The position numbers and the translations under genes were made by a program. DNA of 64,000 nucleotides from Callorhinchus milii (taxonomy: Eukaryota). The first letter of the stretch is position 1. Every line of letters starts with the position of its first letter. The notes under the pieces are model-generated. The model saw only the letters and a program-made list of their open reading frames with translations. It ran no database searches and was not told the DNA's origin. Below, piece after piece: positions 51,511 through 64,000 of the stretch. The DNA is taken from the NCBI RefSeq assembly GCF_018977255.1, contig NW_024704742.1, forward strand, positions 25,918,001 to 25,982,000. The letters run 5' to 3'.

Positions 51511-53886
51511 CTAGTGTTTTGCTGCACCTTAGGTGTGAATCACACAAAATATGTGAACCACACAAATTAGGTGTGAACCACACAAAATATAGACTCACAG
51601 AATACTGAATGTGGTATAACTGGGTCTGATTGTTACTTAGACTCTATTTCTTTCAGAAGTGGCAAGTGACAAATGATAGCCAATTGAATCAAAAATAGAT
51701 TTACTTAACAGATGAACAGGCAGATTATAAACAACATAACTAAAAACAAGAGCACAGACCATAGATTAATATTATGAGAACAACCAACCTTGTAATAACC
51801 CTAAAAGAGTGTCCATATAGCTTAGAAGAAGTGAGAGTTCATTGAAGTTAGTGTTGGGATCTTCAAACTCCAAGAAGTGATCTGCTTCCAAGTTTAGTCT
51901 GTTACTTATTTGTCAGGGGAGGGGGGAGGGGGTTGAGTGAGTACAAAGGCAGATTCTTTTTTACACTATTTGGATAAAATTAAATATCTCTATATTTAGC
52001 ATCTAGGACACTTCTGCAGAGTACAAAGCAGGTAAAGGTTCCCTTCTTCACCAATACAAATACAAATAAATGTATATCACTGACAAGTCCCAGGAACTGA
52101 GTGAAACATATCCAAAACACTAAACTGAGAAATTAAAACTTTTATACAGTTATTGAAGTTAATGTTTCTAACTTTCATGTTTCTATCTTCATTCTTTGTC
52201 AGATTTTGCTCTAAAAGGTTGCAATGAAAGTCTGACAGTCATCTGAACTGACAGAAGAAGCTATGGTACATTTAATTTATTTCTACTGTAAGGGTTTGTG
52301 AGTTTCACCTCATGAGGTTTAGATTTATGGTACAAATGTAGAGGCCTCCATTTCGGTGTGATTCCCTATTCTGTATTCACAATCAAACTCTCCAGACTGA
52401 GCGGTCAGACATTCAGTGCTTTGTATTTTGGGGATTCCTGGTGTTGCAGTCAGTCTGCATGTTAATGGAGCTTGCTGCATGCATTCATTAAACTGCAACC
52501 TGACATGAATATTAAAAAGTAACATTTCTCCCCAGAGATGCAATATAAATACCAGAAATCAAAATTTTTCATGGAAGATTTAATTTCACAGGGATCTGCC
52601 CACACCAATCTAGGCATATTACATTGTCTGCTTCAGTTTGCCAAACTATGGTTACCTACTTGCCTTTGCCACTACACTCATGATCTTGGGCAGTGGTTAA
52701 TTGGGCTCTGGTTAATTCACTCCTAATCCTGTGAATCACTTTGAGATATCCACCGGGCATGAAAGGCACTATTTCAATTACAAGGACTATTATTACTAAT
52801 AATATAATAATGATAATCTTTACATTTGGTACAGTAACTTTCATGTCGGGAGTATGCCGCAAAGTGCTTCACAGGATATAATCTAAAGTGGAGTGACTGT
52901 ATTATGTGAGGGAATAATAATAATAGTATTTTTATGAGACCACTTACCTGGCTTGACAACACAGCATATTCTGTGAAGTGCTTTGAGATTTCTTTCTTAA
53001 GTGAAAGGCTCAACACCAAAATACAAGGATTATTATTATTATGAAAGAGACTCTGGGGTAGAAAGATAGGAGAGCTTTCCTTACTGCTGAATCTTTAGCC
53101 TGTGCTTCCAGGCAAACAGTAACAAAAAAGTGCTTTACTTGTTTCCTTTGAAATTTAAAGTCTCACAAGTCATCTAAATCATGAGCAGTGACAGAAATGC
53201 TTTGAACTGTTGAATACACTGTAGTTTGTATAAATCTTCCCCCTCTTTTGTTGTGTTGTAATTATCAGCGGAGCTCCACTTAAAGCACCTCCCGATCCTG
53301 CTGGTTCATGTCATCCACTTAATTATCTGGCAAATGTTCTCACTGTTTTGATTGCTACTGTTATTATCAGCACCTCAATGTGAAGGTGGCATTATTCTCA
53401 ACCAGGTAACCCGGTGTTGAATAAATAGATTACATAGAAACAAGGCATTAATGTAGGAAGAGTGATAGCACGGAAGATTATTATTTCTGCAGGGCACTGT
53501 GAAGATTATTTTGTTCCCAGTTTATTATGTAAAACCTGAAAGTCTTGAAGGTGACTGGGTAAAGGTGTTGGGAAATGTGAAGTGTGTTTGCTGTTTTTAC
53601 CTTCGTTTACCAAGGAGAATTCAAAAACAAAATTTACTATTTTATGGAGTCAAGGTTAATAAGTACATTGTGGAAATATTGTGTGCTTCTATCATTGAGG
53701 TGTTGTTTGGTTGAGGCACTCTTCAGTCACTCTTAATTTATCCATTATGGATGATAATAATAATAATAATAATCCTTGCATTTAATATAGTGCTTTATCA
53801 TGTCATTGAGATGTCTCAATGAGCTATATTGTAACGTGGATTGACACTGTATTTTGTGGTCAAAATATGGCAGTCAATTGTGCACA

Positions 53887-54322
53887 TTATTATTATTAAA
53901 GTGCTTTTCACATCAGGTTGATGTCTGAAAGCACTTCACAGGATTATCTGTAAAGTATAAAGAATGTGTATTTTATAAGCAAACACAGCAGCCAATTTGG
54001 AAACAGCAATGTCCCCCAAGCAGCCATGAGTGTCATGACGATCATTTATTTGGGAAGATTGTTGGCCAGGCCACCAGGAGAAACACCCTTTTCTTTCCAA
54101 ATAGTATGATGGGAACTTTAACGTCTCCCTGAACAGGCAAACGGGACTTTAGTTTAACATCCAATCTGAAGGATGGCATCTCCAACAATACAGTGCACCC
54201 CAGCACTGCACTGGAGAGCTGGCCTAGAAAATATGAGATCCACATTCTGATGTTGTGGGACTTAAGCTCACGAGATTTGAGACTCAAAGGCAAGAGTGCT
54301 AACAACTGAACCAGGCTGACAC
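53887..54322 (-). mobile_element. Deu-domain SINE, near full length
   Basis: Runs from the tail to the head (agagtgctaacaactgaaccaggctg) on -. Confidence 0.8.
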
Positions 54323-54790
54323 ACCAGAATATTACTGCCTATATACTGTGGCTCAAGAGACTCAAAATGTGATGTCAAAACTGGTATTCTTGCATTCTAA
54401 GCCTCCATTACAGTTGTGTTGCCTGGAGAACATATCAAACTGCATCAGACTTTTCTACATGACCAGTCCCATGAGAAATTCAATTTTGTGATGTCCACGA
54501 CCCAAGTAACAGTAACAGAGAGGTTGGGAGGTGGACCTCAATATCAGGTAACTTGCCTGTTTGTGTTCCTGTTACCATTATTTGGACAACAGATATCACC
54601 AGTATAAATGTCTTTAGGCAATAAAACCACGTTTGAATGATGAGCAATGAGACAGTACCAATGAATGGATCTTGAGAAGCTCTACTTTACATATAATGCT
54701 ATGCTGCACGGTACAACTAACTCAGTGCATAATCCTCAGACTTGAAAGTACATTGTTTATCACTGAGTTAAACCGGCTTCAATGAGCTTT

Positions 54791-55105
54791 AATAATAACA
54801 ATAATAATCCTTGCATTTTGATACAGTATCTTTTCATGACTTCTCAAAGCGCTTCACAGAATTTATTTAAAAAAAGATTTTGACTGTATTTTGTGGGCAA
54901 ATCGTGGCAGCTGATTGCACACAGCAGTGTCCCACAAACAGTCATGGACTGAGTGATTATTTTCCTTTTGGAGGCATTATTACCCCCATAAAGTGATCCA
55001 CCAACCGGGTTCCTAGTTGCTGCTAGATAAACAGAGGCATGCGGAGTAAGGAAACTTGCCTAAGGTTTCGCCCCACCCAGGAATCAAACCCAGATCCTCT
55101 CGTTT
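54791..55105 (-). mobile_element. tRNA-headed SINE, long subfamily
   Basis: aaacagaggcatgcggagtaaggaaacttgcc module and the shared tail. Confidence 0.8.
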
Positions 55106-56340
55106 TCCAGTTTCTCAGTTTCTTTTCCTGCTGCCCAGCTATCATTGATCCTCCTATTGCAAATTCCCATTGATTTACACTTGGCAATCTCATTGATTTC
55201 TGTTGTTTAGGACTTCTGTCTTTCGATTTCTTTAATAAGTGCAATAACAGCAAGATGCAGCCAGAGGTGACTGTAATGACGAGAATGCCTCACAAAATTG
55301 ACCCTGGTTGTGAGAGCACAAAAGGGTCTGCAGTTTTTCTCATTCTGTTTTGTCTTGTGTTATGTTCCATCCAAGATGCAGTTTAAAAGATTTTCATTGC
55401 ATCAGTTTAAAAGTAATTTCCTTGAAGTTTTGATTCCCTCATCAAGTTCCTTGTCTGTGGTTTTATTACTCCTCTGCTTTGTTAAAGACTGATCAATCTT
55501 CACAACAGCTATTTGTACTGCTGTCTATTATCATTCTTCAGCACCTTAACTGCTCGCACTGTGGGGCTGTAAAACAAACTGCTCTGACAACTGGAATAAC
55601 TGCATCTCCTATCATTTTATTAAACATTACAAGGTTTCCGTGTTCACAGTAACAGCAGCATTAATACTTTTTAATATTGAACACAATTGATCAGTTCAAT
55701 AATTGTGAATTTCACATCAAACAGCGTTCTGCACAAATTTTGGGCCTCTGTCTACAGAAAAAGATTAAGCGGTTTGTTTATGTATGGATATGGAGAAAAG
55801 CATCTCATTCGTCAGTTATTTCTAATCAATGTTACTATGCATTTAAAGACAGGAATCTGTAAGTGGTCTGTGTCTTATGCCTATTTTCTACTGTAGCTGC
55901 TTGATATAAGGTGACACACTGGAGGCATTGCTGTGTCCCAAGCCTCCACCTCTTTTACATCACCACCAAACATCCACTGATCGCTTGCAGAAAATGTCAT
56001 TCACACATGTGCCCATACCTTGGTGGTCATGATGTAAGTAACGTGACCACATCAGATTCTCACACATAAGCAAAATGCCAGTAGAAGTACTTTTAAGATC
56101 TCTGTTAACCCAACCAACAGGACATGTGCTGATATAACAGACGACTTTGCTTGTGGCCTTTTTACAGTTCTGTTAGTGCTATTTCGATAGTGGAAATCAC
56201 AGAAATATATTTCTAACAACGTTAATAGCACATCTAAATCCACTTTTTTTTTTTTGTCCGTCTCTATAAATTGCTCACTGTGAATTCAATGGTTTTGAAT
56301 CCAAATTGAAACAAATTTGTTCTTGGATAAATGTTCTACA

Positions 56341-57540
56341 TTAGAATATTTTAGAATATACAGCACAGAAAGAGGCCATTCAGCCCAACTGGTCTATTCC
56401 GGTGATTATGCTCCACATGAGCCTCCTCCTGTCCTCAACTAAGCCTTCAAGCATAACCTTCTGTTCCTTTCTCCCTCATGTACCTATCTTGGGTCCGCTT
56501 AAATACATCTATGTTTTACCTCAACAACCTCTTGTGGTAGCATGTTCCACATTCCCACTACTCTCTGTGTGAAGAAAATTCTTCAAACATCCCTATTTGA
56601 TCCAATTGTGAGTATTTTATATTGATGGCCCCTGGTTTTGGTCTCCCCACACAAGTGGAAACATCTTCCCTATGTCTACCCTATCAAAACCTTTCATCAT
56701 TTTAAAGACCTCTATCAGGTCACCCCTTACCCTCCTCTTTTCAAGCGAAAAGAGTCCAAGCATGTTTAGCCTTTCCTGATAGGTATAACCTCTCAGTTCT
56801 GGGATCATCCTTGTGAATCTCTTTTGCACCATCTCCAGTGTCTCTACATTCCTTCTATAATGTGGGGACCAGAACTGCACACAGTATTCTAAGTGTGGTC
56901 TAACCGAGGTTCTATAGACGTTTACCATAAATTCCCTGCTTTTCATTTCTATCCCTCCAGAAATGAACCCCAATGCCTGGTTTATCTTTTTTACAGCCAT
57001 ATTAACCTGCGTTTCTACTTTTAGTGAATTGTGTATGTGTACCCCTAGATCCCTTTGCTCCTCTATCCCATTTAGGTTTTTATTTTCCAAAATGTATGTG
57101 ACTTCCTTATTCCTTCTACCAAAATGTACCACCTCACACTTTCCTACATTGTAATGCATTTGCAATTTAAATGCCTATTTAGCAAGTTTATTAATGTCTT
57201 GCTGTAACTTGTTCCAGTGCTCCTCTACAATATACTGAGTATTAACTACTCCCCCCAATTTAGTGTCATCTGCAAATTTTGAAATTGTACTGCTGATTCC
57301 CGAATCCAAATCATTAATGTATATTGTGAACAACAGTGGTCCCAGTACGATCCTGGTGGAACACCACTGCCCACCCCCTGCCGGTCTGAGTAGCTACCCT
57401 TTACCCCTACTCTCTGTTTTGTTTTGTAACCGACTTGCTATCCATTCTTCTATTTTTCCCCTGCCTCCACATGCTCTGACCTTCTTCATTAGTCTATTAT
57501 GTGGTACTTTATCGAACGCCTTTTGGAAATCTAAATACAT
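56341..57540 (-). mobile_element. CR1 LINE, 5'-truncated
   Basis: 182-aa ORF: QMHYNVGKCEVVHFG...YRTSVRPHLEYCVQFWSPHY...LEMVQKRFTRMIP...RGDLIEVFKMMKG. Confidence 0.95.
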
Positions 57541-57790
57541 GTTAACAATCCCATGGCACTATTCAAAAAGAGAAGGGAGTTTCTCTGCGTGTCCTGGCCA
57601 AAAATCTCCCGAATAAAATTGGTCATTCACTTCGTGGCTGTTTGTGGGACATTGCTGTGTACAAATTGGCTGCTGCATTTGCCCACAAAATATGCAGTCA
57701 CTGCACTTTGCAGTATATCGTGTGACGAGCTTTGAGACTTCCGCCTGACATGAAATACGATATACTGAATATAATGATTAGTATTATAAA
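57541..57790 (+). mobile_element. Deu SINE 3' half
   Basis: atcccatggcactattcaaaaagagaagggagtttctc..gtgtcctggccaa...gctgtttgtgggacattgctgtg. Confidence 0.8.
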
Positions 57791-59879
57791 GCAAATTCAC
57801 TTCAGGAAAAAAAATGTTTTTTTCTGCTCCACATTGAGTAGAATGTCAAACAAAATGCCCCTTCAAAATACATTTGATCCCAAAATTTTGTTTTAGCCTT
57901 TTAATATTATTAAAACTCTGGGTACCCAGATTCTGGAGCTGCCAAGATTCTGGTGTAATTAAGTTGCTACTCTTCCATCTCTGACATAGCTCACATGACA
58001 TACTTTGTTGCCAGAGGCAGCTTCTTTGATATGTTCTTTGAGGACGTAAAATTTCACTAGATTTATAATGTTCATGTTGTGAACAATCGGATTCACATTG
58101 GCAACAAAGTACCATATATGATGTTGTGAAGCACAGTATAATGATTACATTTAAATGTGATAAAAAACATGCTCTGTTTTGTGATTAAATTTTAACTGGC
58201 CGTTTATTACCTCATAAATACTTAAAGGCAAAAAGAAAGGATTGATGACCAATTGTACTGGTAGAAATACAAAACCCAGCTCTAGAAATTACTTTCATGA
58301 TTCTCTTGGTGTCATCGGCCAATAGAGGGTGTGCATAGTACTCAAAGGAAAAAGCTGATATTCAGCCTGAGCAATTCTTTACCTATGTACTGTACCAAAT
58401 GAAATGTTACTTTTGATAATTGTGTATGTTCAGAAAAAGATAAGCTGTAGCAAAATCCTCAGCTCCCTCTGCTCAGCAACCACCAGTGGACTTCACGTCC
58501 GTGTCTGATCCACCCTAACATCAGTGGGCAAGCTTTCAGCTATTCTGCCCTGCTCTCTGGAACTCTATGTTGAGCCCCTTCCCTCTCAGCTTCCACACCC
58601 ACCTTAAGACCTATTTTTTCAATGAGTTTTCAGCCATATTCCCACTCCAGTTATCCTCCCGCCGCATCGGGTAACCAGTTACCCGAATACCACAAACCAC
58701 AAACATCTTGAGATGTCCCTGATGTGAAAGGGGCTAAATCGATGTAAATAGTTGTATTGTTTGAGCCATATGAAACTCAGATTCACTGTAATGGATTGGT
58801 TATATGTGTTAACAAATGAACTGCTCCATAAGATGCAGTTGATGATTTTTTTCTCGATATTTTTGATTTCATTGTAATTTTCCTATTAGTCACCCTTCTG
58901 CTACACTTGCTAACATTAATCATAGTGCACTCGTCCGGTGCATGGTATTTATATCCGCTTCATAAATATCAGCTTGGTTCAGTTTGTAGCACGTTCGCCT
59001 CTGAATCAGAAGGTTGAAGGTTCCATTCCATTCTAGTTACAGAGCAGTGTTGAACTTTTAGAGGTATAATCTGTGATATTAAACTATTGTTCCATTGCCT
59101 TACAATAAGTGTACATTGTTATCATTGCTACACTTAGCTGCCTTAATATATCTTGCCCTAATTGATATCATCTCATATTTTACATTGAAGCTGATGACTA
59201 AGAAATACCACAATAAATATAATTACATATAAATGGTATGAGCTTTTTATAGTTATAGTAATAATAGTTGTACTAATAGACAGGTGGATGAGTGGAAATA
59301 TAAAAGTAGTAGATCAAAAGGATTCAAGAATAATACAAATACATATGTTTCTGGTTTGTCTGTTTATTTATTATTTTATTGTACAATTTCCCACTGAGAA
59401 CTGCTCCATTTACCATTCAGTTAGTAGCATGCAAGGAAGGCCTCATAAGTAATGATACTCCTTGCAATAGTGATGTGTACTTAGTGGTGTCTAGGGTACT
59501 CTTCAACCTGCAGTTCTTACTGTGGTTATGTATTACAATTATTATCTTTTAATATGTAGTTTCCCCTGAATCCTGTCAGATAGAGTCCATGTCTTCCAGT
59601 GGTCTGATTATAGCTTCGATAGTCCATTTGTTTGGGAACTGGCTAAATATCTGAAAAGGAGAATTATAAAAGTACATAAGGAAAAGGCAAGAGAAAATGC
59701 CAGCTCACATTAAGATGATTTGAGAGTAACCATACAGCTTTGATTTACAGTGTGGAGATCTGGGGTGGCTCTGAGAGGGGTGGGGAGGTTATGTTCCCTA
59801 TAATTTTTAAAGGCGCAGTAAAAAAAGTGTGCAGTACTCAACAGATTGCTGTGTAACCGAGTAGGTGCTCATTTTAGAG

Positions 59880-60125
59880 GGAACAGCGGTGAAGGATTGT
59901 ATTGTCATCTTTTGGATGAAGCACTAAACCTGTTCAGGTAGACATTAAAGATCCCAAGGAATTTCTCCTGGTGTCCTGGCCATCAACCCCTCCAAATAAA
60001 ATTGGTCACTCACTTCATGGCTGTTTGTGGGACACTTCTGTGCACACAACTGTTTGCCAACAAATCCAGTCATTGCACGTCTTCCTAATGTGAAAGGTGC
60101 TACATCAAATACGAGAATTATCATT
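59880..60125 (+). mobile_element. Deu SINE fragment
   Basis: ctgttcaggtagacattaaagatccc...ggtgtcctggcc. Confidence 0.7.
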
Positions 60126-61159
60126 AATGAACTCTACAATATCAGGCTACCAGTTTGGCTCAGTTTGTAGCACTCTTGTTTTGTGTCAGAAAGTTGACGA
60201 TTTTAAGCTGCAGACTTCGATTTGAGTTCATAGTCCAGACTGGAGCTCCAGTGTAGCAGTGGAATGATGTTATGTTGGAGGTGCTGTCCTTGCCACAACA
60301 TAAAGGGGCAGTCAAGGCTCTTATTCAGTGCAGAGGAGAGCAATGAGGTCGATCCCCAGTGCTAAGAGTATCGAAACTTAATTTTTCAGAGTCGAACGTA
60401 TTTACGTATAGCACATGCTATAATAATGTAATAATTGATTAGATATAGTGCCTTATCACAACGTTAAAATACCTTGAAGTGCTTTACAGGATACTCTGCA
60501 AAGTGGTTTGACTGTGTGTTTTGTGAGTGGAACGCAACAACAAGTTGCACATATCAATGTCCCACAAACAGCACAGAAAGAAATTTACAGCACAGAAGAA
60601 GACCATTTGGCCCATCATGACTGTACTGACTCTTTTAAAACCATCCATTCAGTCACATTTACCTGTCCTTTCCCCATACTCTTGCGGTTTACTCCTTTGC
60701 AGATATTCATCTAGTTCCTTTTTGAAAGCTAATAAGGATTCAGCCTCTATCACTGGTCCCAGCATGGCATTCAATATCTTAACCAGTCTGTGCGTCAAAT
60801 AGTATACAAGTCTCTCAACTAATGTGCTGAGTCATATACTGCAGTTTGTGCTCCCAATTAACAAGAATCTCCAAAAGCCACCTGGGGAAAGAGAAACAGA
60901 AAACGCAGGATAAAAGAATCCAATATAAAGGTCTTGAGTCTTGACAACAAAGAGTTTTCCCAAGCAAGTGTCTGGAGTATAAGTTCTTTCATATCTTTCA
61001 TGTGCTTATGTGGCATTAAGTATTGTCAGTGCACAAAAGGGTTCACTTTTATTTTCAATCAAAATGCAAGCCATTTTCCATTCTGTCCTCTCTGTTGTGT
61101 TCCAGAGTGTTCAGAGAACACTTGACAGGATGAGGATGGTTATTTGACACAATATATTG

Positions 61160-61690
61160 ATTGAGTGGGTATGAGTGTGACTGAAGGCACGATCAAAGAG
61201 GAAGGAGGCAAGAGAGGGGGTGAGGCGGAGGGATTGTGGGATAGAGTTCCAGAGTATGGGAGCAGAGATGCTGAATGCCTGACTGTCAGTGGTGGGGCAG
61301 GAAGTGCAGGGGGCCTGAAGAAGCCGAGCAGAGGGAGCAGACAGGCTGATATGAGGTTATGAGGTGGGAGAGGTAGGAGGGAGCAAGACAGTGGAGGGCC
61401 TTGAAGGTAAGAACAAGGGTTTTGTACTTGATCTCTGAGGAATGAGGAGCCAGTGAAGCCGGGCAAGAACGGGGTTGATAGGTTCCTGGAGCCTGGTGCG
61501 GGAGAGGACACGAGCTGCAGAGTTTTGAATAATCTGCAGCTTGTGGAGGGAAGAGTTGGGAAGTCCAGTGAGCAGACAGTTGGCGTAGTCAGGCCGGGAC
61601 GTAATGAAAGCGTGGATCAGGATCTCGGTGGCTGTGGTGAGAGGCAGTGGCGGAGGCGGACAATGTTGCGGAGGTGTGGAAAGGTGGAAC
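61160..61690 (-). mobile_element. L2 3' fragment
   Basis: EILIHAFITSRPDYANCLLTGLPNSSLHKLQIIQNSAARVL...LARLHWL. Confidence 0.9.
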
Positions 61691-62354
61691 GGGAAAAGGC
61701 GAGGGAAAGGCGAAAAGCGGAAAATAAGGACAAGAAGCATGAGATTTATTGATGACCTAATCCAAATCTAAATACATCTAACATAAAGTGAAAATATACA
61801 CACTATGTGCTGAAATGCCACGCATTACATAATGAAAAATGTAAACTCTATAAATCATGCTCGACGTGTATTAAATTTGTACATGCATTGTGAGCTGAGA
61901 TTAGATATTATACAATCACATCCCGCTGGTGGTAAAATATAACTATTAAGAACTTCTGTAAAAATAAATAAACCATTGCAGATTGGACACTGAAATATAA
62001 CATAAAACATTGTTAAATCTCCTAATTCATGATTCTGTTATGGTTTTGTAAAATGACAAAATTCCAATGTACAGTATTTACTTAAAGATTTAGATTAGGT
62101 CATCAATGAATCTCATGCTTCTTGTACTTATTTTCCGCTAAGGAAGAGCAAATTCTGAAGTCAGGATAGATCAACAACAACAACTTGCATTTAAAGATCC
62201 TGTGGCATTATTTGAAAAGTGATGGGAGCTTCTCCCCATATCCTTGACAACACATCCCTCAAATAAAATTAACAACAATTTATATAGCTCCCAACAATTT
62301 ATTTAGCATGTATATATAGTGCCCCTCAAAGCAGGATTAATCGAGTCATCAAAA

Positions 62355-62660
62355 TGTTTCAAAGCACTTCACAAGACTTGCTGTGAAGTGGAGTGACGAT
62401 GCATTTGAAGATGAGCGTGACAGCTAATTTATACATGGTAATGCCCCACAAACAGCAGTGAAGTGAATTAGTAATTTTACTTGGGAGATTGTTGGCCAGG
62501 ACACCAGGAGAAATTCCATTCTGCTTTTGAATAGTGCCTTGGGTCTGTAACATACACCTGAACAGGCAGACGGTACCTCAGTTTAATGTGTCACTGGAAG
62601 GATAACACCTTCAATAGTGCATCGCTCCATCAACACTGTATATGGATGTCAGCTTAGCCT
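62355..62660 (-). mobile_element. Deu SINE fragment
   Basis: ttggccaggacaccaggagaa...cacctgaacaggcagacgg..ctcagtttaa. Confidence 0.75.
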
Positions 62661-63539
62661 GGAGTTGGGTCAAAATTGAAGCATGTGATGATAATACACC
62701 AGTTATAATTATCGCAGCAACCAAAAGTAGTCAAACATTATCATTGAAAGGGAGGAGAGGGGGCAGATGGTCACCTTCAGGGCCAGTGATATTATTGGCT
62801 GATTGTAACTGCAAGTTTAGTTAATAATTTAGTGAATAGTTATTGTAAATTTGACCCCAATAGTATGCATTGCTCTCATACAATAATATGATCCATCAAT
62901 ACTGTCCAAATTATTATTAATAAGCATTATTTATGTTGAATTGATAAGAATGATCTGAAGAAACCTTGCGTTTGATATAGCGCCTTTCATATTAGGAAGG
63001 AGGCACAAAGCACTTCACAGAATTTACTGTAAAGATTGAGTGTATACTTTGGAGGTGATGCAGTAGCCAGTTTGCACAGAGTAATCAATGTCTTATGCAT
63101 AGTCAGTTGTAATAGCAATAATATGCAAAAGATAGATACAATGGCATATTATTTGAGTGGTGTGGATTTTAGCTTATTCCCTTCACATAATAAAGAAACA
63201 GACAAGTAACACATGGCAGCACAGTGAGAATTGAAAAGAAACAATGTAATTGAATTTCATGCTTTGACTGAGGGGGTAAAAATCTAATTTAGATTATCCA
63301 TTGAAACTAGATTAGATACAGCTGCAAACTGACCATGAAAGGGATATTGTTTCCTCTGTTGCTTGATAGGAATTGGGTCAATTATCTGTGAAACAAGTAA
63401 AGTTAGAAAATTCTTGATTAAAAAAAGTTGCCAAAATGTTAATGAATGAGAATAGGAGTAGGAATGGGAATTGAGAAAAGACTATGTTAATCTACTTGCG
63501 GAACTCTCTTTTGGATGAGAATTAAGTTAAAAAGAAAAG

Positions 63540-64000
63540 GTTCTCCTGCAGACCCACAATGCCCGCCTCGTTCTTCTGCAAAACATTGCCTGACTCTGGC
63601 ACCGTCTCTTCCCTCGGGCTCTCATCATGTCATATCATGTCCATGTTTGGCTGTACCAACACTCTGTTTGCTGGATTCCCCAGTTCTTCTCAACACCAGC
63701 TGCAGTTTATCTAAAATGCTGCAGCTCGTGTCCTTTCCTGCACCAGGCTCCATCCTCGCTCGACTCCATTGGTTCCCTGTTCCCTAGTGGACTAAGTTCA
63801 AGATCCTCGTTCTCATGTCCATGGTCTTGCCCCCACCCTACCTCTGCAACCTCCTCACACCCTTCTGACCAGTTTACTCCCTTTACTCAGTAAGCACCTG
63901 TTGCTTCATGTCCCCCACCCTATCTGCTCCACCATCGGTGGGAGTGCTTTCAGCCTTCACAATATAATACAGCCTTTTCTGTAACTGCATCCCAGAGTCC
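63540..64000 (+). mobile_element. L2 3' fragment running off the window end
   Basis: SILARLHWFPVP; ctccaccatcggtgggagtgctttcagcc. Confidence 0.78.

Overview
This is AT-rich vertebrate genomic DNA. The repeat content (Deu-domain SINEs, tRNA-headed SINEs with L2 tails, CR1 and L2 LINEs) points to a cartilaginous fish, possibly a chimaera; this is inference. The window lies inside one gene on the + strand, the serine/threonine kinase STK32B (YANK2). Three internal coding exons are present (3668-3723, 33271-33422, 47035-47208; 56, 152 and 174 bp), with GT-AG boundaries and compatible phases. The first exon and the exons after the HRD motif were not seen. The rest is intron filled with decayed retroelements, including a three-level nest: a SINE inside a near-full-length single-ORF L2 inside an older L2. 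I found no prokaryotic-type or clearly new multi-gene system. The most notable unexplained pattern is that several L2/SINE junctions carry templated duplications of adjacent DNA: ~55-bp inverted copies, a perfect 19-bp fold-back and iterated short repeats. Other leads are two unclassified ancient repeat families, AG|GT recursive-splice-like exon starts, a decayed Penelope/hammerhead-like inverted pair and repeat-free candidate conserved non-coding elements. Exon coordinates were counted exactly; repeat boundaries were read by eye and are approximate.
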